Below are positions 25,005-30,000 of a DNA stretch of 30,000 nucleotides, piece by piece. The translations under genes were made by a program, and so were the position numbers. Each line of letters opens with the position of its first letter. The stretch's first letter is position 1. Where the stretch lies: positions 96,790 through 126,789 of the forward strand of contig JBGMOF010000037.1 in assembly GCA_041424275.1 (NCBI GenBank), given 5' to 3'. The notes under the pieces were generated by a model. It was given only the letters and a program-made list of their open reading frames with translations. It did no database searches and had not been told where the DNA came from. Source of the stretch: Variovorax sp. Lineage in GTDB: Bacteria > Pseudomonadota > Gammaproteobacteria > Burkholderiales > Burkholderiaceae_C.

Positions 25005-25892
25005 TCAACCGAAGGACTTTTCACACTCCTCCTCCAACCATTGGGCGAGGTTCGCAGCTCTTGCCGATAGCGCGGTTTCGCCGAGCCAGATGAGGCCGTA
25101 GTGGCTGCCATCGGAATCGAAGCCTGCGGGAGCCACCAAGCGGTCTCGATCGATATCGTCCGTCGCCAACACCAGCGGGCTGAGCGCCACGCCGAGCCCA
25201 GCCGCCGCGGCCTCGACCACCAGGAAGTGATGGTCGTAGTACCGGATCTCGGCCGGACGAGGAAATGTAGGGTGCTGAGATAGCCAGTGCGACCAAGCCT
25301 CGGCGCGGGTCTTCGAGCCGAGAGCGATGTAGCCTCCCGCGGCAAACCCTGATGCCAGCCGGGGGCTCATCACAGGCCCCATTTTTTCCGCGAAAAGCTG
25401 TTGCACGTGCCACGCCCGGGGCAGAGCGAAGTCCAGCCGGCGAATCGCCAGATCGATCCGATCGCGTTGAAACTGGACCGGACCACCCCCGACCGAGAGG
25501 TGCACGGCGATATCGGGATGGGCCCCCTGGAAACTCGCCAGCCTTGGGATGAGCCAGCGCATGGCCACCGAAGGCTCGCACGAAAGCACGAGCGCGTTGC
25601 GCTCCGTATTCGCCGTCCGCAAACCCTCTATGGTCGCCGAGAGTTCATGGAAAAACCGGCCAAGCGTCAGATTCAGCGTCTCGCCGGCCGGCGTCAGCCG
25701 CAGCCCCCTCCCTCGCTTCTCGAACAGCTTGAAGCCGAGATCCTCGGACAACTTGGTGATGCGACGACTCACGGCACCGTGGGTCAGCGCCAGGTTGTCC
25801 GCCGCCAGACGGACCGAGCCCAGGCGAGCCGTCGACTCGAACGCCCGAAAATCATCCAGTGACGGAATATCGGCCCTTCTCATTGGTGACAT
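25005..25892 (-). CDS. LysR-family transcriptional regulator (GcvA-like), divergent from the kinase operon
   Basis: 295 aa with a wHTH (FRAFESTARLGSVRLAADNLALTHGAVSRRITKLSEDLG). The start is ATG 25892 or ATG 25883. Confidence 0.9.
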   Translation of the reverse strand: MSPMRRADIPSLDDFRAFESTARLGSVRLAADNLALTHGAVSRRITKLSEDLGFKLFEKRGRGLRLTPAGETLNLTLGRFFHELSATIEGLRTANTERNALVLSCEPSVAMRWLIPRLASFQGAHPDIAVHLSVGGGPVQFQRDRIDLAIRRLDFALPRAWHVQQLFAEKMGPVMSPRLASGFAAGGYIALGSKTRAEAWSHWLSQHPTFPRPAEIRYYDHHFLVVEAAAAGLGVALSPLVLATDDIDRDRLVAPAGFDSDGSHYGLIWLGETALSARAANLAQWLEEECEKSFG

Positions 25893-25901
25893 TTTATCAC
25901 C
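25885..25901. promoter_or_regulatory. Candidate LysR box (interrupted dyad containing T-N11-A) overlapping the LysR start
   Basis: GGTGA-cattta t-TCACC, that is GGTGACATTTTATCACC. The inner TGA-N7-TCA fits T-N11-A. It lies in the 66-bp divergent gap before the kinase gene. Confidence 0.35.
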
Positions 25902-25958
25902 AATTAATCCCAGAAACTATCGCTTTTCATAGATGAGTTGGCTCTCGACAATTGATCC

Positions 25959-27026
25959 ATGCGAACCAATAACCCGTGCACCGTTGGCGTTCTCGCCGAT
26001 GATCTGACCAGTGCGGCGGATGGTGCTGGTCCATTTGTGAAGCGGGGGCAAAACGCCGTGATCGGTCGTCGCAGGCTCCCCCTGAGGGAGGCCGCGGTTG
26101 TTGCCGTCGACAGCGGCTCCCGATCTGTTTCGGCCTCTGAAGCCAAAAAAAGGGCGGTAGAGCTCACTGCGCAGCTCGCCGGCCGCGACATCCTCTACAA
26201 GACCGTAGATTCGACGCTGCGCGGACACGTGGCAGCAGAAATGGAGCCGTCCTTTTGGGCAAGTGGTCGCAAGATGCTCGTGTTTGCTCCTGCGTTTCCC
26301 GCGGCAGGGCGCACCACCGTCGGCGGCATTCAACTGGTGGACGGCGTTCCGGTGTCCGAAAGCGCCTACGGCCGGGATCCGGTCCATCCAGCCCGCCACT
26401 CCCGCCTCGCCGATCTTGTGCCCCCCTCCATCGGGAGCGCGGTCATTCTCGACGTCTCGACGCAGGAGGAGTTTGACGCGCACGTCGCCGCCATGCCCGA
26501 GCCGCAGTCGATTTTGTGGGTGGGCTCCCCTGGTATGGCGAGTGCGCTAGCCAGGCGGTTCCCACCCGTGGCGCCCTCGTCCAAGCCAACGGCAGGAGCG
26601 TGCGACGGTGTTCTGGTCGCGATCGGTAGCGCCAACCCGCACAGTCACGACCAAGCCGATCGGATCGAGGCGACGACGGGCGTCACCTTGCTGCGCGCGC
26701 CTCGCGAGCGTGAGCGCGATCCTGCATCGGTGCTTCGCCAGATCGCCGACGACGCGGCGACAAGGCTGCGCCAGCAGTCCTTTGATGCGCTGATCGCCAC
26801 GGGCGGAGACACGATGGAGGCGATCCTCGACCGCCTTGACGTACGGGAGTTCGAGATTCTCGACGAGCTCGAACCCGGCTTCCCTCTCGGACGCGCGTCG
26901 CTCGGCGGCGGCCGCACGCTCCTAATCGCCATGAAGGCTGGCGGCTTCGGCCAGGATGACACGCTGCGTCGCGCGATCGCACGGCTGCGCCCGGGTGCCC
27001 CCGCATCGGAACACATGCAACCATGA
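25959..27026 (+). CDS. Four-carbon acid-sugar kinase family protein (DUF1537; OtnK/DtnK-like)
   Basis: 355 aa with the N-terminal signature VGVLADDLTSAADGAG and the C-terminal nucleotide-site signature LIATGGDTMEAIL. The stop overlaps the PdxA2 start (ATGA). Confidence 0.85.
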   Translation: MRTNNPCTVGVLADDLTSAADGAGPFVKRGQNAVIGRRRLPLREAAVVAVDSGSRSVSASEAKKRAVELTAQLAGRDILYKTVDSTLRGHVAAEMEPSFWASGRKMLVFAPAFPAAGRTTVGGIQLVDGVPVSESAYGRDPVHPARHSRLADLVPPSIGSAVILDVSTQEEFDAHVAAMPEPQSILWVGSPGMASALARRFPPVAPSSKPTAGACDGVLVAIGSANPHSHDQADRIEATTGVTLLRAPRERERDPASVLRQIADDAATRLRQQSFDALIATGGDTMEAILDRLDVREFEILDELEPGFPLGRASLGGGRTLLIAMKAGGFGQDDTLRRAIARLRPGAPASEHMQP

Positions 27027-28033
27027 ACCAAGCCCCTCCCCTCGCCATCACCATGGGCGATGCCTCGGGCATCGGCCCGGAGATCGTGGCCAAGACGCTT
27101 GCCATCGGCAACCAGCGAGCGGTCGTCTTCGGCAGCTACGTCGTGATGACCGACATCGTGCGACGTCTCGGCCTCGACGTCGCTGTTCGGCAGATCACTT
27201 GCCCGCAAGAGGCGCGGTTGCAGCCCCGCTCGATCGAAGTAGTCGAGGCGACAAGGATCACCGAGTCCCCTCCGATCGGGCTCATCAACGCCATTTCCGG
27301 CCAGGCGTCTTTCGACGCGATCGTGTCGGCCATCGAAGCGGCGAAAGCCGGCAAGGTCAGTGGCATCGTCACCGCCCCGATCAACAAGGCGGCCATGGGA
27401 AGCGCCGGCATCCGCTACCCGGGTCACACAGAGATCCTGGCCGAGTATGGCGGCGCACGGCGTGTTGCCATGATGCTTGCCAACGACGACATCCGAACCG
27501 TGCTCGTGACCATCCACACGTCGCTGCGCCAGGCCATCGACCAGGCGGACTTCGACGCTCAGATGTCGGCGATCCGGCTTGCGCACGAGGGCGGCAAGGC
27601 ACTCGGCATCGCGGCGCCGCGCGTCGCCGTCGCGGGGCTCAACCCCCACGCCGGTGAAGGTGGCCTCTTCGGCGACGAGGAAGCCCGGATCATCAGCCCG
27701 GCGATCGACGCAGCGCGCGCCGAAGGGATCGATGCCAGCGGCCCGTGGCCGGGCGACACCGTCTACATGCAGGCCCGCAAGGGACGCTTCGACATCGTCG
27801 TGGCCCAGTACCACGACCAGGGCTTGATCCCTGTGAAGTACCTCGGACTGGAGAAGGGCGTGAACATCACGCTCGGCCTGCCTTTCGTGCGCACCAGCCC
27901 CGATCACGGCACGGCATTCGACATTGCGGGTCAGGGAATCGCCGATGCCGCCAGCCTGGAAACCGCGCTCGCCTATGCCCGGCAGCTCGTCGCTGGGCGA
28001 ACCAAGATCAACGATTGTGAGAGGACTTCGTGA
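27023..28033 (+). CDS. pdxA2: PdxA-family NAD-dependent dehydrogenase/decarboxylase (PdxA2-type, 4-phospho-acid-sugar)
   Basis: 336 aa with PdxA motifs ITMGDASGIGPEI, GHTEILA, LNPHAGEGG, YHDQGLIP and RTSPDHGTAFDIAG. The PdxA2 call rests on its pairing with the DUF1537 kinase. Confidence 0.85.
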   Translation: MNQAPPLAITMGDASGIGPEIVAKTLAIGNQRAVVFGSYVVMTDIVRRLGLDVAVRQITCPQEARLQPRSIEVVEATRITESPPIGLINAISGQASFDAIVSAIEAAKAGKVSGIVTAPINKAAMGSAGIRYPGHTEILAEYGGARRVAMMLANDDIRTVLVTIHTSLRQAIDQADFDAQMSAIRLAHEGGKALGIAAPRVAVAGLNPHAGEGGLFGDEEARIISPAIDAARAEGIDASGPWPGDTVYMQARKGRFDIVVAQYHDQGLIPVKYLGLEKGVNITLGLPFVRTSPDHGTAFDIAGQGIADAASLETALAYARQLVAGRTKINDCERTS

Positions 28034-29088
28034 TGGGACTTCGCTTCATCTTCATGCTCACGCGCAACGACCGCACCGTCAAGGACGCGCCGCAGCAGCT
28101 TCAGATCGCCTTGAGCCTCGGCGTGCGCCACATCGGTTTTAAGGACATCGGCCTGCCGCTGGATCAGTTGAAGGCCCTCAACAAGGCCATCCAGGATGGG
28201 GGTGCGACCTCCTACCTCGAAGTCGTCTCGCTCGACCGTGACAGCGAGATCACGTCGGCGAAGGCAGCGGTCGAGATCGGCGTCAACATGCTGCTCGGCG
28301 GCACGCGGGTCGACGACGTGCTGCCCATCATTGCCGGCACGGACATCCAATACTACCCCTTCCCCGGACGGATCACCGGTCACCCGAGCGTGCTCGAAGG
28401 CAGCATCGACGAGATCGTCGCCAACGCCAAGGCGCTGGCCGCGCGCGACGGCGTGCATGGCCTCGACCTTCTTGCTTACCGTTCCCATGTGGACGTCCCG
28501 GCCCTCATGAAGGCGGTCTGTGCAGCCGTGTCCAAGCCTGTCTTTGTCGCGGGATCCATCGACAGCCCGCAGCGGATCGCCATCGTGAAGGAAGCCGGCG
28601 CCGCCGGCTTCACGATCGGCACCGCCGCGCTCAACGGCACGTATCCAGCCGACGCGCAGGACGTACGCAGCCAGATCGTGGCCATCGTTCGCGATGTCGC
28701 GACGCTCAATCGCCACATCTCGCCGTTCAAGAAGAAGAACCTGACATACTCGTTCGACCGCTTCTCCGACACCTGGTCGCCGAAGATCGCCGGCCAGATC
28801 AACAACATGCAGATCAAGCTCGCCAAGTTCAATGGTGAGTTCGTCTGGCACTTCCACAAGCAGGAAGACGAGTTGTTCCTGGTGCACAAGGGACGCCTGC
28901 TGATGAAGTTCCGCGACCGCGACGAGGTGCTCGAGGAAGGTGAATTCATCGTAGTTCCGCATGGCGTGGAGCATTGCCCGGTGGCGCTGGACGATACCTG
29001 CGAAGTGGTTCTGCTGGAGCCGGGCACCACGGTGAACACCGGCACGGCAACGGACGAGCGGACGGTGACCGACCTCGGCCGTATTTGA
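28030..29088 (+). CDS. Two-domain fusion: N-terminal phosphate-binding (beta/alpha)8-barrel-like domain (about 235 aa) plus a C-terminal metal-binding cupin domain (about 110 aa)
   Basis: The C-terminal part matches both cupin motifs almost exactly: HFH-KQED-E-LFLVHK-G and G-EFIVV-P-H-G-VE-H. The N-terminal part ends with a barrel-like phosphate-binding stretch (PVFVAGSIDSPQRIAIVKEAGAAGFTIGTAAL) that recalls GlpP/NanE/ThiE-type barrels. That assignment is tentative. The start is GTG 28030 or ATG 28033, overlapping the pdxA2 stop. Confidence 0.7.
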   Translation: MMGLRFIFMLTRNDRTVKDAPQQLQIALSLGVRHIGFKDIGLPLDQLKALNKAIQDGGATSYLEVVSLDRDSEITSAKAAVEIGVNMLLGGTRVDDVLPIIAGTDIQYYPFPGRITGHPSVLEGSIDEIVANAKALAARDGVHGLDLLAYRSHVDVPALMKAVCAAVSKPVFVAGSIDSPQRIAIVKEAGAAGFTIGTAALNGTYPADAQDVRSQIVAIVRDVATLNRHISPFKKKNLTYSFDRFSDTWSPKIAGQINNMQIKLAKFNGEFVWHFHKQEDELFLVHKGRLLMKFRDRDEVLEEGEFIVVPHGVEHCPVALDDTCEVVLLEPGTTVNTGTATDERTVTDLGRI

Positions 29089-29103
29089 GGAAGCGCGCAG
29101 CAT

Positions 29104-29910
29104 GTGCGACAAGTGCACGATCGACGCAGCAAAAGCCGCCATGCTGGCGGGAGCGCGCCCAGCGCCCCCGCGCTGCACACGGACGTGCGCCATGTCGAAG
29201 ATCGGGTCGTCCACGTCGCGCCGACGACGTTCTCCCACGTCGTCGATCTCACCCATCGGCTCACGCCCGACTTTCCTTCTTTTTTCGGCAAGGCCTTCGA
29301 GGTCGAAACCCGGGCCGGGCGGGACGAGTCCGATTTCCTGCTGCTTCGTCTGAGCTACGTCGAGCATGTCGGCACGCATTTCGACGCACCTTTGCATTTC
29401 TCGAAGGACGGCGCGAGCATTGACGAAATCCCCATCGAGAAGCTGGTCTGCTCACTGGCCGTGATCGACGTGCGCGAGAAGGTGGCCAGGAATGACGACT
29501 ACAGGCTGGGAATAGGCGATCTCGAGCGCTTCGAGGCCCGCAACGGACGCATCCCCGATGGCGCATGCGTCGCCATGCTCTCCGGTTGGCAAGAGCATCT
29601 GGGCACGGACCGTTTCCTCAACAAGGATTCGGCCGCCGCCCTGCACTTTCCCGGCTTTCATGAGGATGCGGCCGAGTTTCTGATCCACGAACGGCGCGTC
29701 CACGGAATCGCCGTGGATACGATGTCGCTCGACATCGGAGCGACTACCGCGAGCCCGGTTCACAAACTCTGGCTGCCGTCGGGTCGTTACGGCATCGAGA
29801 ACGTCGCCAATCTCGCCCTGCTGCCACCGGTCGGCGCTACCCTGATTGCTGGCGCGCCAAAGTTCCAAGGCATGACCGGCGGCCCAGGCCGCGTAATCGC
29901 TCTGTGTTAG
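29104..29910 (+). CDS. Cyclase-family metal-dependent hydrolase (kynurenine formamidase / isatin hydrolase-like, PF04199)
   Basis: Signature VVDLTH...HVGTHFDAPLHF...IAVDTMSLD. The start is uncertain: in-frame GTGs lie at 29104, 29113 and 29185, while the only SD-preceded ATG (29102) is in a different frame (see findings). Confidence 0.8.
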   Translation: MRQVHDRRSKSRHAGGSAPSAPALHTDVRHVEDRVVHVAPTTFSHVVDLTHRLTPDFPSFFGKAFEVETRAGRDESDFLLLRLSYVEHVGTHFDAPLHFSKDGASIDEIPIEKLVCSLAVIDVREKVARNDDYRLGIGDLERFEARNGRIPDGACVAMLSGWQEHLGTDRFLNKDSAAALHFPGFHEDAAEFLIHERRVHGIAVDTMSLDIGATTASPVHKLWLPSGRYGIENVANLALLPPVGATLIAGAPKFQGMTGGPGRVIALC

Positions 29911-29918
29911 CCCTGTGG

Positions 29919-30000
29919 TTAAGACGGCGCCAGCACGATGGCGACTTGCCGCAGCTGATCAAACGCGATTGCTTTTACACCGGGCGCATTCCCCGGTTCC
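29919..30000 (-). CDS. Possible 3' end of a minus-strand CDS entering from the right edge (unknown product)
   Basis: The minus-strand frame reads ...EPGNAPGVKAIAFDQLRQVAIVLAPS then TAA (29921-29919). It is too short to classify and has only protein-like composition as support. Confidence 0.25.
   Translation of the reverse strand, partial: EPGNAPGVKAIAFDQLRQVAIVLAPS

Noticed and set aside
26645-29397. Two long minus-strand ORFs (26645-27907, 420 aa; 27973-29397, 474 aa) antisense to the kinase, pdxA2 and fusion genes.
   Set aside because: They have the same high-G+C shadow-frame character (Arg/Asp/Gly/His-rich). The plus-strand genes carry unambiguous DUF1537, PdxA and cupin motifs.
1-30000. 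CRISPR arrays, rRNA/tRNA genes, IS elements, transposases and integrases.
   Set aside because: I saw no regularly spaced direct repeats and no conserved rRNA/tRNA structures. No ORF has DDE, tyrosine-recombinase or serine-recombinase signatures. The cargo is not visibly bracketed by terminal inverted repeats.

Overview
High-G+C proteobacterial DNA; a beta-proteobacterial host is an inference from composition and element type. I had no search tools, so all family calls rest on motifs and gene order read by eye.

Backbone (1547-13950, all minus strand): this is the complete transfer half of a Tn4371-family-like integrative conjugative element (ICE). The order is traG, a CopG-like RHH gene, trbB-C-D-E-J, a TrbK-alt-like lipoprotein, trbL-F-G-I, then DUF2274. 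Seven ATGA start/stop overlaps link adjacent genes.

Cargo upstream of traG (14.2-30 kb), with no transposase or integrase in view:
- A minus-strand operon of crotonase, family-I CoA-transferase, acyl-CoA dehydrogenase, EtfB, EtfA and LysR, divergent from a PF12831-like FAD oxidoreductase.
- A GntR(FCD) regulator divergent from an MFS transporter.
- A LysR regulator divergent from a tightly coupled four-gene operon: DUF1537 acid-sugar kinase, PdxA2, a barrel-like::cupin fusion, and a cyclase-family hydrolase.

Left of DUF2274: a visibly lower-G+C divergent pair. One is an unassignable protein running off the window edge (missing from the ORF track). The other is a GNAT acetyltransferase with an unknown C-terminal domain.

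I found no rRNA, tRNA, CRISPR array or IS element.

Most interesting signals:
- The kinase/PdxA2 operon carries two unassigned enzymes.
- A 27-nt promoter/operator-like module is duplicated at equivalent spacing before two cargo transcription units.
- The orphan gene pair sits at the distal end of the ICE.
- The unidirectional array from the crotonase gene to DUF2274 (20398 down to 1547) has only weak termination signals between the cargo and traG.
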